Assembly (NCBI GenBank): GCA_002727675.1
Contig: PBXQ01000073.1
Location: 31,272-95,271, forward strand
Reading direction: 5' to 3'
Source: Thermoplasmata archaeon
GTDB taxonomy: Archaea; Thermoplasmatota; Poseidoniia; Poseidoniales; Thalassarchaeaceae
Length of the DNA stretch: 64,000 nt
Positions within the stretch are counted from its first letter, which is position 1; every line of letters starts with the position of its first letter. The translations under genes were made by a program, and so were the position numbers. Positions 29,601-38,065 of this stretch are shown here, piece after piece. Below the pieces are notes generated by a model that did not search any database, was not told the DNA's origin, and worked only from the letters and a program-made list of their open reading frames with translations.

Positions 29601-32201
29601 ATTATTGTACAGGACTCTGTGGATCCCCCTACCTCATTAACATTGAATTATTGGAGGGAAGGGGAAGATGATTTGAATTATGATAAAATTCCAAATGAGA
29701 ATGAATATGTCACATTGTTGTTAAAAACTCCTGAATTACAACCAGGTGGTTTGAATATTTTTGAGGGTTTAATTCCTGATATTATGAATGATCATGGGGA
29801 ATATGTTTCATTCTATTTGACTGGTTCTGATGGTCAAGGAAATATGTTAGCTATGGGTGGCGGACCTGTATGTCTAAACAATGATGCTCCGTGTGGAGAT
29901 TTACCTACCCAATCTCCTCCTTGTTGGGATTGTGATTTAGTCACATATCAAATTCGTGAGGAATTTGAACCAATGCTTTTATTGGATGGAAATACCACTA
30001 TTGTAGGCCATGATGATTATGAGCCCTTACATCCGGGGATTATTTACAATGCTAATTTACGTGTTTGGGATAATAATGGGTGGGCAGATATTCAATCAGT
30101 CAAACTGGCTCTAGGTGATGATATTAATGCTAATGAAACTGCCATTTGGGCTAATTTCACTAAATTAGATAGCGGTAATTTAGAAATGAATTTAGAATCT
30201 GGCGGTTCAGGATTAGCAGTATCTAACTTATACAGTTCATTTTCTCCTTACAATGATTCAGCAATTGATTTGAGTATTCAATTTCAACTTACTTGGTTAT
30301 TCCCTGAATCATGGGATTCAGATGGGGAACAGACCTTTTTACCAATCATTGAAGTGACTGATTGGCCTTGTAATTTAGATGAAACAACTCCTTGTTTTGA
30401 ACACAGAAATGGTCTTGGTAATGATCGTTGGAGTTTAGATAACGATTTGCGGTTTGATTTATCTCCAGGGCATTTTACTGCAATAGATTTAGCAACTGGC
30501 CGTAATTTGTATAATGGTGGTGAGGAGCAATCTACGATAGCTGCTGGTCAAGTAGTAAGGGTGAATGGTCGTATTCTTTTCAGTGAAGATCAAACACCAG
30601 CTCCAGAAGGTGCTTTTGATATTGTAATAGGTAATTTAGAGCTAGAATGGAATGCAGTGCCTAGAGATGGAGGGGAGTTTACTACTGATATTTTAGTTCC
30701 TAATGTTAGGAGCGGTCATTTGGACATGATTGCTTGGTTGGATAATTTGCCCGGATTAGCCGCTGATGAAACCGGTGAACAACCGAGGATATTGCTTGAA
30801 GTAGATGGTAATTCCCCTCAAATAAATTCTGTTCTACCTTATGGCGATATCTCAATTTCTGAGGCATCATCAATTGATGTATTTATCAATTCTAGTGATG
30901 ATCACGGATTTTTATTGGATAATAAAGCGGTATTTCATTACAAAGTTAAGGCAGGTGAATCAGAAGTTTCACGAGGTTCAAAGGAGTTTGGTACTTTGCT
31001 TGAGCAGTATGGCTTTGGACATTGGACTGGCCAGGTTGATCTTACCGACGGGGGGGTAACAGAACTACTCCCCGGATATACTGTAGATATTTGGGTTACA
31101 GGTTCTGACGCTGCGGGTAATCCATATGTTTCCGAAAATAATACTGAGTCAAGTCCACTTGCTCAGTGGTATATTACTAGAGTTGGTCCAATAGTAGAAT
31201 TAACTGAATTAGATATTTATTGGTCAGATGCAACTCCAGTTTCGGGAGAAAATGTGACTTTGAATATTGCTGGTACTAATCAAAATGGAGAAGAAGGTAC
31301 TCTGACTTTTGCATTGCAACAGAAGACCAAAAATGGTGATTGGGTTTATGTCGTTAATGCTTCAACAAATTCGCTTCTTAGGGCTAATGGAAATTTCACA
31401 ACTGTGATAGATATGGCTACTTATGAAGTTGATGAAGAAGTTGTAGAGAGGTATCGAATAGTTGTGAAAGATGGTCACGTAATTCTAGATAGGATGTCAC
31501 TTGAGCCATTGATATTACAACCTCGTGTTGTTCGTGATGGGCAGGCAATTTCTGAGCAGTTTAGTGAAAGTACTGGCACTGTTTTACTTTATGTAGCGTT
31601 AATGGTTGCTTTGATTGTAATTGTCTTATTGGTGGTAATGAATAGAAATTTAACTCAACTTGATGAATCTGACCCTGCTAATCAAACAGATGAAGTCGCA
31701 ACAGAACTTAGTGATTCTCCACCCCCCCCGGATGGATTTGATCCAAACACCACCCCTCCTCCACCAGTTGGATTTGATCCAAACACTCCCCCTCCACCAC
31801 CAGTCGGATTTGATCCAAATACCGCCCCTCCCCCGCCAGTTGGATTTGATCCAAATGCTAGTAATGTAGTAGTTGAAGAGGTTGAGTTAGAGGCACAACA
31901 GGATGCGCCGCAGTCCTCAGGCGATCATTATTGGACCGACAAGCAATTGTTAGATCAGGGTTGGAGTGAATCACAGATTTCCACATATAGAGCTCAGCAA
32001 GCAGAATCTCAGAAACCTACTATTTCTGGTACAAAGTTGGATTATAACGAAAAGGTAGTCCAACGGGTAATGGATAAATATGGTTTAACTGATAAAGATA
32101 AATTCTTGGCATACGCTGAATTCTTTGATGCCGATGGTAATCGTTATCTCAAAGAACAAGAGTTAGAAACAGCGGCATCTGAATTGTTGGGAATGAATTA
32201 A
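26685..32201 (+). CDS. Giant (1838 aa) type-I-like surface glycoprotein with N-terminal signal, a long beta-rich ectodomain, one C-terminal TM helix and about 200 aa of cytoplasmic tail carrying four tandem PPPPVGFDPNT repeats.
   Basis: Signal KISSFIILLMLISILSPLIQF. Many N-x-S/T sequons. TM helix VLLYVALMVALIVIVLLVVM followed by NRN. Tail with DSPPPPDGFDPNTTPPPPVGFDPNTPPPPPVGFDPNTAPPPPVGFDPNAS. An SD-like gggtgggga lies upstream of ATG 26685. Confidence 0.75.
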   Translation: MLGEYKRSKISSFIILLMLISILSPLIQFSSFDVAASSGSRHVYTFSDGSTESISLYQSGQPATNIKVALPKGAEVTDVEMTLSGASSTGWNTIRHSSQSDWMSGVSIDTDARSDSVSLAIDSPEFDFSTHGMDSGTNYGNSWLDNGSFSIRQPRTSNATENRFTPQTTVSSPFATYGAGAAMNYRGWTYVSTFSTTNLNQLVQKTYPNNLSTASNVQFIEGNCNIPSPTAPSYYSYYGFRDWTIGDDEKLYGILGLNRQYTTSNDLILVVMDIRYEDVWTCLNTYDLSSNSYGPYTGISYDRSRDAIWVLHSVRNAVTGYIFNSDGTFERDSNLYFDYFSSYNEQNGLVVQDNLFYFRSKYSWAQDRLEAYAISGSSTTLVKQAGERSISANGFGLYYNGERLSLIDHYQWSARYYREYGTGWAYPISPQPGTSSWISEPINTNSDVRVVNVETSWSITSAGDRVDYWVSADNGTHWVQVTNNQTVHFDYPGNQLRWKTQLVGGSSVSWWVSLEYGFNYHTSGTWTSLPIPTGTQVGNLRSQWVADTPSSTSISVEVSNDNGTNWHSSSNNQLIELQNQGSELKYRVTHTTNDSTQSPMLESFDLEYEEGYPSAVRLDIGDDNVNEYIGTGILNQPIVIDGPELVSAFNDHIDDNGVGISNITLALSAGSPGRIKVSNLDITYKMKTRALDVQVEGGILVPDGDNRVAMIRVAKGDEADRLTQVNVELISNVNNNSILQWQSGDSCSVLSNSDNLVKFDAANCTSSTDGNGIMSILMPIQSNWEWDDESNIEALIYIDDDLGRQVNGWQTDDLDLRTENDIVLVNLGVADETGRVLSSNDWVRGGLEITFQGELMFEGTTYTPQAGQFDIELTGQNLSLVGDPEESEKQYHIEPNPSHGQFSLTITSPIESSPGGMLFRVKATNLKNGSTYINPEYNSVKLILDGNSPLVIGATPADGSEQHKGNPDQPVQIIVQDSVDPPTSLTLNYWREGEDDLNYDKIPNENEYVTLLLKTPELQPGGLNIFEGLIPDIMNDHGEYVSFYLTGSDGQGNMLAMGGGPVCLNNDAPCGDLPTQSPPCWDCDLVTYQIREEFEPMLLLDGNTTIVGHDDYEPLHPGIIYNANLRVWDNNGWADIQSVKLALGDDINANETAIWANFTKLDSGNLEMNLESGGSGLAVSNLYSSFSPYNDSAIDLSIQFQLTWLFPESWDSDGEQTFLPIIEVTDWPCNLDETTPCFEHRNGLGNDRWSLDNDLRFDLSPGHFTAIDLATGRNLYNGGEEQSTIAAGQVVRVNGRILFSEDQTPAPEGAFDIVIGNLELEWNAVPRDGGEFTTDILVPNVRSGHLDMIAWLDNLPGLAADETGEQPRILLEVDGNSPQINSVLPYGDISISEASSIDVFINSSDDHGFLLDNKAVFHYKVKAGESEVSRGSKEFGTLLEQYGFGHWTGQVDLTDGGVTELLPGYTVDIWVTGSDAAGNPYVSENNTESSPLAQWYITRVGPIVELTELDIYWSDATPVSGENVTLNIAGTNQNGEEGTLTFALQQKTKNGDWVYVVNASTNSLLRANGNFTTVIDMATYEVDEEVVERYRIVVKDGHVILDRMSLEPLILQPRVVRDGQAISEQFSESTGTVLLYVALMVALIVIVLLVVMNRNLTQLDESDPANQTDEVATELSDSPPPPDGFDPNTTPPPPVGFDPNTPPPPPVGFDPNTAPPPPVGFDPNASNVVVEEVELEAQQDAPQSSGDHYWTDKQLLDQGWSESQISTYRAQQAESQKPTISGTKLDYNEKVVQRVMDKYGLTDKDKFLAYAEFFDADGNRYLKEQELETAASELLGMN
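31722..31858 (+). repeat. Tandem direct repeat, about 4 x 39 bp (ggatttgatccaaacac[ct]cc[ct]cctccaccagtt), inside the 3' end of CDS 26685..32201. It encodes the PPPPVGFDPNT x4 cytoplasmic motif array.
   Basis: Direct reading of the sequence. Four near-identical units of gatttgatccaaa[ct]ac separated by C/T-rich proline codons. Confidence 0.8.
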
Positions 32202-32209
32202 TATTAATT

Positions 32210-32641
32210 CTAAGCGTAATTGTCTGTTACTGTTAACATGGATGTTTGGTATGCGTCGAAGATAGACCACAGAAATATAAGTGGCCATAACAAGCAAAAT
32301 AGAAGGGGTATTTGTAGTGCAAACCAATCAAAAGCCTTACTGTGTTGACGATTAAAATGCTGACCTAAATATAAGAATGGAATTAATGCTAGAGCAGTAG
32401 CAATGAGTGGTCTCAATGCACCCCATGGCCCGACACCCCCCGTGATTTCACTAATGATTACCATGATTACAAAAAATGGTGTATGCCACCGAGGCGAATT
32501 TTCCAATTTGTCACGCAAACGTTCTGCAACTCGTTGCGAAAATTCACTGCTCACATTCATTCCTACCTGTTTTCTATTTTGAGTTAAACGGTCATTTGAG
32601 TCATTATCTGTCAAATTGTAGTATAGTGTTGTCTTTCCCAA
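32210..32641 (-). CDS. Small polytopic membrane protein. A likely real start is the internal Met near 32560.
   Basis: Hydrophobic helices (FFVIMVIISEITGGVGPWGALRPLIATALALIPFLYLG; IPLLFCLLWPLIFLWSIF). It overlaps the upstream ORF by 38 nt in a different frame. Confidence 0.4.
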   Translation of the reverse strand: MGKTTLYYNLTDNDSNDRLTQNRKQVGMNVSSEFSQRVAERLRDKLENSPRWHTPFFVIMVIISEITGGVGPWGALRPLIATALALIPFLYLGQHFNRQHSKAFDWFALQIPLLFCLLWPLIFLWSIFDAYQTSMLTVTDNYA

Positions 32642-33170
32642 TTAATTTCAACCAATACATTCCTAAAACCAAGAGTGCTAGTGCAACGGCATATATTACA
32701 TAATGAAAATCAATTCCTATTCTAGTAACTATGCTTTGTTCTAATATTGAAATACGCCATCCAATTGATCCAGATAATATTGAAGAAATAATAAGGGTCA
32801 AAGCACGCCTTTTTTGTGCAGATTCAGACTGCTCAGCAAAACTCTTGGGCCCAATTCCCATTTTTAGTACCATTCGTAGCCATAGTGGGAGTAAGCGTTT
32901 AAAATCATTAAGTGACTGAGAACAAAGCCAAAGTCCAAAACCACAACCAAGTAGTACCAAGTCTCCTTGAGACCATGCCCAATTCAGTGGATTAATTGTT
33001 GGTGCAATATCACTAATAGCAATAATAATTGAAATGAACCCTATAGCATAAATCATCGCATCTGCCAAAATTAATCCAAAATCAGCACTTCTCTGCCCAT
33101 CAATTATTTCAAACCGATCTCTTGAATGCTCTAATGAGAGCAATTCTAGTTCGTCCATGGCCTTCGGCAA
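32604..33170 (-). CDS. Polytopic membrane protein of unknown function.
   Basis: Several predicted TM helices (IYAIGFISIIIAISDIA; LVLLGCGFGLWLCS; LTLIISSILSGSIGW; VIYAVALALLVLGMYWL). Confidence 0.45.
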   Translation of the reverse strand: MPKAMDELELLSLEHSRDRFEIIDGQRSADFGLILADAMIYAIGFISIIIAISDIAPTINPLNWAWSQGDLVLLGCGFGLWLCSQSLNDFKRLLPLWLRMVLKMGIGPKSFAEQSESAQKRRALTLIISSILSGSIGWRISILEQSIVTRIGIDFHYVIYAVALALLVLGMYWLKLIGKDNTILQFDR

Positions 33171-33185
33171 TCAATCGATGCCATA

Positions 33186-34283
33186 ATGGGTGCGTACCAT
33201 TTGGGGTGGTTAGAACGGTTTGAGGGGTATAACTTGAGTAGCGAAGTGTGGTTAACGGGATTCAAGCCATTTGGCGAAAATATTGATAATATTTCTCAAA
33301 TAGTTACCGAATCATTAGATGGTTTAAATGAAAGAATTAGTTTAGGTAATACAAAGTCACCCTTTTCTGCTGAGAAGCGTGAATCAACGATTTCTATAAA
33401 ATCTGAAATTTTAGATGTTAACCAATTAGGTTCACGAATTATTTCTAGTCGTTTGAAACAAAATAATCCTCAAGCGGTGGTTCATCTAGGTTTAGCTCAA
33501 AACAGGGAGAAAATATCCATTGAAACGGTTGCCTTAAATGAACTTGATTTTACTATCCCAGATAACAATGGGAGGAAATATTCGGGATTAGTAGATGAAT
33601 CTAGACATCAATTACTTCATTCTAGTGCCCCAATCAATCTAATATTGTCTGAATTTGAGGGGGATGAAAGGGTAGTAAAAAGTTCAGATCCTGGAAGATT
33701 TGTTTGCAATGAAACTTATTTCAGGTCGTTATTATCTATGTCTAAAGAGGGGTGTAAGGATCGGTTAGGCCGTCCCCTTCCAGTATTATTTGTCCACTTG
33801 CCCCAACCTGAGTATATTCCTTTGGAGGAACAGATTGAATTGGTTAAGAAAATAATTGCAATTACAGTTCAAAGGCCCAAGGTTGAGGTGGTAGGGGGTT
33901 TGCTATGTCGGCCAGATGGAACTTTACTTGCAGCACAAAGGGCCAAAGACGAATATATGGCGGGTTATTGGGAATTTCCTGGTGGGAAAATAGAGTTAGG
34001 AGAGAGTGAAACCGAAGCATTAACTCGTGAATGGATGGAAGAATTTGGATGGAAGATTAACCCAATTAGATGTTGTGAGAAGTATTCTCATGCATGGCCG
34101 GAAATGGTTGTTAATCTGTCTTTTTGGGTCTGCGAGCCAGTAGGGGAATTACCAGAAGCAATAATGACTTCACATGATCAGTATCGTTGGTTAAAGAATG
34201 ATGAATTAATGGCCGTTGATTGGTTGCCCCCTGATATTGAATTTGTAAAAAGAATACAAGAAAAGGGGATTGGGAATCTGTAA
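33186..34283 (+). CDS. pcp: Fusion protein: N-terminal pyroglutamyl-peptidase I (peptidase C15, Pcp) and C-terminal Nudix (MutT-like) hydrolase.
   Basis: Pcp signatures: VWLTGFKPFGENIDNISQ (N-terminal motif), HLGLAQNREKISIETVALN (catalytic Glu region), DPGRFVCNETYF (nucleophile Cys), LFVHLP (His). A perfect Nudix box GKIELGESETEALTREWMEEFGW (Gx5Ex7REUxEExGU) lies at about nt 33965-34036. Confidence 0.75.
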   Translation: MGAYHLGWLERFEGYNLSSEVWLTGFKPFGENIDNISQIVTESLDGLNERISLGNTKSPFSAEKRESTISIKSEILDVNQLGSRIISSRLKQNNPQAVVHLGLAQNREKISIETVALNELDFTIPDNNGRKYSGLVDESRHQLLHSSAPINLILSEFEGDERVVKSSDPGRFVCNETYFRSLLSMSKEGCKDRLGRPLPVLFVHLPQPEYIPLEEQIELVKKIIAITVQRPKVEVVGGLLCRPDGTLLAAQRAKDEYMAGYWEFPGGKIELGESETEALTREWMEEFGWKINPIRCCEKYSHAWPEMVVNLSFWVCEPVGELPEAIMTSHDQYRWLKNDELMAVDWLPPDIEFVKRIQEKGIGNL

Positions 34284-34778
34284 TCATTTGTTTTTTTCAA
34301 ACCATTCAGTAACTTTACCATCTCTTCTCATTGCAAATTCATCACTAACAAATCTAGGAACTTCTAATCTTCCTTCGTGCCAAGTGGCTTCTTCAAGCCA
34401 AGATTCTAAATCGGTCCCTTTGAGGTGTATTTCTATAGTTCCTCCTAAACTTTTTTCATTAGGCAGAACATAAGAAATTTTGTTGGCTATTGCTGCCTGT
34501 CTTGATATACTAAAGATGGTTTCATTATTGTGTATATTGGCTGCCATAGCATCTAGCGAAGTATCAAGAATTCTTAGTTCTGCAATACGATTTAGGAATG
34601 TTGCTAAATCAATATCATGAAATTCCCATTCGATAATATTATTTCTAATAGGGAATTGTTTTTCTTCTATTATTGGTAATGTGATGTTCGGGAACAATTG
34701 CAATATTGCTTTGGCTACCATGTTTGGGTCATCGGCCGGCCGAACCGATGTGGAAATATGAGCTTCAGGGACTTCCAT
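34284..34778 (-). CDS. Conserved hypothetical cytoplasmic protein (164 aa).
   Basis: Clean ORF that fills the gap between flanking genes, with no recognisable motif. The stop abuts the stop of the Pcp-Nudix gene. Confidence 0.45.
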   Translation of the reverse strand: MEVPEAHISTSVRPADDPNMVAKAILQLFPNITLPIIEEKQFPIRNNIIEWEFHDIDLATFLNRIAELRILDTSLDAMAANIHNNETIFSISRQAAIANKISYVLPNEKSLGGTIEIHLKGTDLESWLEEATWHEGRLEVPRFVSDEFAMRRDGKVTEWFEKNK

Positions 34779-34832
34779 GGGTATTGGGAAGAATCGGTAG
34801 ATGATGAATAATCCCCCTCATCCTAGGTAATA

Positions 34833-35927
34833 TTGACATTCAACCCTCTATTAGCCGAGGTGTTAGTAATGGCTGAGCCGTATATTGTTACCGTCGTACC
34901 TACTTATCAAGAAGGGGAACATATTGAGCGTTGTTTACGCTCATTAATTATTCAAACATGGCCTTCAGAAAGACATCTAATTCATGTGGTGGACGGAGGT
35001 AGTAATGATGGTACGCGTGAAATAGTTGCTGAAATTGCTAAAGAATCTAATCAAAATAATGGGCCTGAAATAATTCTAATTGATAATCCAGACAGGTTTG
35101 TAGCACAGGCGAGAAATTTGAGTTTTTCTTTATTACCTTCAGAAACTACACATGTATTTGAGATGATAGGACATGTTTGGATTCCACCAAACCATATTGA
35201 AGAGAGGATGCTTGATTTGAGTGATTTAGAAGAGCATTCAGAGGTTGATTCAGATAAAATTGCAGGCATTGGTACTTTAGTACGTGAAAGTGACCAAGAT
35301 TTAGGTTTGATCGGCCGTTGGATTGAGGCCACATTGCAAAACCCCTTAGCTAGTGGGAGGGGGCAATTCGCTCAATTTAGTGGGCGTGAAAAAACATCAA
35401 TTCCACCATTTACAATTTACCGCCGTGCTGCAATTGAAGCATTAGGTGGTTGGGACCCACGTTTCATTACTACACAAGATTCCGAATTAAATTCAAGATT
35501 AATTGATGATGGGTGGTCGTTATGGCGTTCAGATGCGTCATACTGTAGGATGGCTAAACGAACTACGATTAGCGGGTGGCTTCGTTTTAGTCATCGTTAT
35601 GGATTTTGGAGGACTAAACATTTGCTTAAAACTCCAGGTCGTGCATCAATACTCGAATTTATGCCTTGGCTTGGTCTAATTTCGACAATGATATTATATT
35701 ATTTTCAGATTAATTTTGTTTCTTATGATGCCTGGATAATTCTTCCAATTGCATATATAATTGTAATTTTCCTTCATGGCTTTCTAGAATCTATTTCTCG
35801 CAATCAGCCTTCTTTATTTTTGGGAGTCCCATTATTGTTAATTACATTACATATATTCTTTAGTTTTGGTTTATTAGATGGCTTATTACGTAAAGGTAAA
35901 GCACCTAAGGACCGTGTAAATAAATAG
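34833..35927 (+). CDS. Family-2 glycosyltransferase (dolichyl-phosphate sugar transferase-like, AglD/AglJ-type) with C-terminal TM helices. Probably part of the N-glycosylation pathway.
   Basis: GT2 signature VTVVPTYQEGEHIERCLRSLIIQTWP...HVVDGGSNDGTREI...ILIDNPDRFVAQARN. The C-terminal ~100 aa are hydrophobic (LGLISTMILYYF..., IILPIAYIIVIFLHGF, LLLITLHIFFSFGLL). Confidence 0.8.
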   Translation: MTFNPLLAEVLVMAEPYIVTVVPTYQEGEHIERCLRSLIIQTWPSERHLIHVVDGGSNDGTREIVAEIAKESNQNNGPEIILIDNPDRFVAQARNLSFSLLPSETTHVFEMIGHVWIPPNHIEERMLDLSDLEEHSEVDSDKIAGIGTLVRESDQDLGLIGRWIEATLQNPLASGRGQFAQFSGREKTSIPPFTIYRRAAIEALGGWDPRFITTQDSELNSRLIDDGWSLWRSDASYCRMAKRTTISGWLRFSHRYGFWRTKHLLKTPGRASILEFMPWLGLISTMILYYFQINFVSYDAWIILPIAYIIVIFLHGFLESISRNQPSLFLGVPLLLITLHIFFSFGLLDGLLRKGKAPKDRVNK

Positions 35928-35966
35928 CATATGTGTTGAATATATTTTCATCATTTTGTCACAACA

Positions 35967-36860
35967 TTGAACCCCTATGTCACCATCGCACTAACTAGTT
36001 GTATGTCTGATAGTGATAAGAACACGATGAATGCGTGGGCATTACTAATTGTTCCGTTATTAGTTGCAGCATTAATTGGGGAGGTAATTCCTGGGATCGA
36101 TTTACTTCTTGTTGAGACTTGGCAGAAGGGTGTTTACTATGCCATTGCTTTAGTAATCGGGATATTTTTGTTCCGTGGTTCAAGAAAGGTAAAAGATCAC
36201 GAGTTTCATCGTGTTAAGAATATCAAGAAATTACGTAAGGCATACATTGCTGAGGATAGAGGTTTGTGGACCAAGGCTGATTCTGCTATGGCACAGCTTG
36301 AAAGAGATGCAGAAGGTTATCAGGCTAGCGATAAGGATTTAGTAAAGGGTAAGAGGGCTATGGAAGTATTTCGTACTAAGGGTACAGATGAACTAGATGC
36401 AGATGCAGATAAGGAAGAAGTCCGTTCTTTGCTTGATGAGGATCATGTAAAGAAATCAATGGCTAGGATGTCTGGTGATGGTGATCAAATGCCAAATTTA
36501 TCTGGTGCAGCAATTGAAATGATGACTTCTAAGAGTTCAGGCCAAACTAACGTAGATGATATGTTAGCAGAGTTGGCTGCTGAAGATAAGCGTATTAAAG
36601 ATAAGAAAGAGAAATCTGAGCCTAAGCCTAAAACCCAGCCGAAGCCTAAGCCAAAACCAAAGCCAAAACCGCAAGAGGCAGCGGGGGGTAAGATGGGGTC
36701 TGCAGGTGTTTCTAGTGTTGATGATTTGTTTGATGATTTAGGTGCTTCAATTGGTGGCGGGAAGAGTGTTAGTAAAGAAACTAAGATTTGTTTAGATTGT
36801 GGGGGTCGCAATACAATTGGTCGCGCCAATTGTAGTAATTGCGGTTCATCTTTGACTTAA
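35967..36860 (+). CDS. Membrane protein with two N-terminal TM helices, a charged coiled region, a (PK)n low-complexity segment and a C-terminal zinc ribbon. The ORF-track start is TTG; likely ATG starts are 36003 or 36027.
   Basis: TM helices: AWALLIVPLLVAALIGEVIPGIDLLLV; YYAIALVIGIFLF. Low-complexity KPKTQPKPKPKPKPKPQ. Zinc ribbon CLDCGGRNTIGRANCSNCGSS. Confidence 0.5.
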   Translation: MNPYVTIALTSCMSDSDKNTMNAWALLIVPLLVAALIGEVIPGIDLLLVETWQKGVYYAIALVIGIFLFRGSRKVKDHEFHRVKNIKKLRKAYIAEDRGLWTKADSAMAQLERDAEGYQASDKDLVKGKRAMEVFRTKGTDELDADADKEEVRSLLDEDHVKKSMARMSGDGDQMPNLSGAAIEMMTSKSSGQTNVDDMLAELAAEDKRIKDKKEKSEPKPKTQPKPKPKPKPKPQEAAGGKMGSAGVSSVDDLFDDLGASIGGGKSVSKETKICLDCGGRNTIGRANCSNCGSSLT

Positions 36861-36915
36861 TATCCGGGTCAGATTCAAAACCATTGGGTATCAGCGATAC
36901 TTTGTTGGTGGGGCT

Positions 36916-38064
36916 ATGGCTAAGAGGGACTACTATGAAGTTCTAGGATTAGGTCGCGACTCTACAGATGATGAATTGAAAAAAGCTTTCAGAAGTTTGG
37001 CACGAAAGAATCATCCAGACAAGAATCCAGACGACCCAGAAGCAGAATCACGTTTCAAAGAAATTCAGGAAGCATATGCAGTTTTATCTAATCCAGAACA
37101 ACGTCGTAGATACGATATGTTTGGGCATGATGCCCCAGGTGGAAGTCCATTTGGACCAGGTGGATTTGAAGGTGTAAATATTTCATTTGATGATTTATTT
37201 GGTGGTGGTGGTTTTGAGTCGGTATTTTCACAATTTTTTGGTGGTGGTAGTTCACGGGGCCGTTCTAACCGTGGTAATGATATCCTGATTAGGCATTCAA
37301 TTACAATGGCGATGGCCATGCTAGGTGGCGATACAGAGTTAGAAGCTAATCTATACACGCCTTGCGAATCCTGTGAGGGTAGGGCTGCTTCAAGTCCCGA
37401 TGGAGTCAAAACTTGTAGTACCTGCTCAGGACGAGGTCAAGTAGCACAAAATCGTAAGGTTGGTCCATTCATTCAACAAGTTGTAAGTGATTGCCCTAAT
37501 TGTAATGGGGATGGTAGAATAATTACAGATCCTTGCAAGGAATGCAGAGGTGAAGGTAGAGAGAAGAAAAAACAAACCATCAAGTTTGGGATTCCTGCAG
37601 GTGTATCTGACGGCACTAGAATGAGGATGGGTGAAAGAGGTGAACCACTTAGGGGTGGAGGCGGCCGACCTGGTGATTTGTATATTCAAATTAATATTTT
37701 AGAACATGAATGGTATGAAAGGGATGGTTCTGATTTGCTAATGGCTCTTCCAGTTGGTTACCCTGAACTTCTTCTTGGAACTAAAGTTGTATTACCTCAT
37801 ATTGACGGCAAAGATATCACGATTGATGTGCCAGCGGGTTCCAACCCCGGAGATACACTTGAACTAAAAGGTAGGGGTTTTCCACGTTCTAGGGGGCGTG
37901 GTCGTGGAAATGTTACGGTGTTACTGAAATTATTTGTGCCAGAAAAACTACCTAAGAAAGTTAAGAAGAAAATCGAGGATATGCAAGATGAAATTGGTAT
38001 TGACCATGATCTGATAGAGGATTTAGTTCGTCAAGAAGCCAGAAAACGTCGTCGTTCTCGTTGA
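36916..38064 (+). CDS. dnaJ: Molecular chaperone DnaJ (Hsp40, type I).
   Basis: J domain DYYEVLGLGRDSTDDELKKAFRSLARKNHPDKNPDD with HPD tripeptide. G/F-rich linker. Four CxxCxGxG zinc-finger repeats (CESCEGRA, CSTCSGRG, CPNCNGDG, CKECRGEG). C-terminal substrate-binding domain. SD ggtgggg lies upstream. Confidence 0.9.
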   Translation: MAKRDYYEVLGLGRDSTDDELKKAFRSLARKNHPDKNPDDPEAESRFKEIQEAYAVLSNPEQRRRYDMFGHDAPGGSPFGPGGFEGVNISFDDLFGGGGFESVFSQFFGGGSSRGRSNRGNDILIRHSITMAMAMLGGDTELEANLYTPCESCEGRAASSPDGVKTCSTCSGRGQVAQNRKVGPFIQQVVSDCPNCNGDGRIITDPCKECRGEGREKKKQTIKFGIPAGVSDGTRMRMGERGEPLRGGGGRPGDLYIQINILEHEWYERDGSDLLMALPVGYPELLLGTKVVLPHIDGKDITIDVPAGSNPGDTLELKGRGFPRSRGRGRGNVTVLLKLFVPEKLPKKVKKKIEDMQDEIGIDHDLIEDLVRQEARKRRRSR

Positions 38065-38065
38065 G

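Noticed and set aside
35967-36860. Ribosomal or histone-like annotation for the KPKP-repeat protein
   Set aside because: The low-complexity (PK)n stretch superficially resembles basic nucleic-acid-binding tails. However, the protein has two N-terminal TM helices and a C-terminal zinc ribbon, so it is a membrane protein of unknown function.
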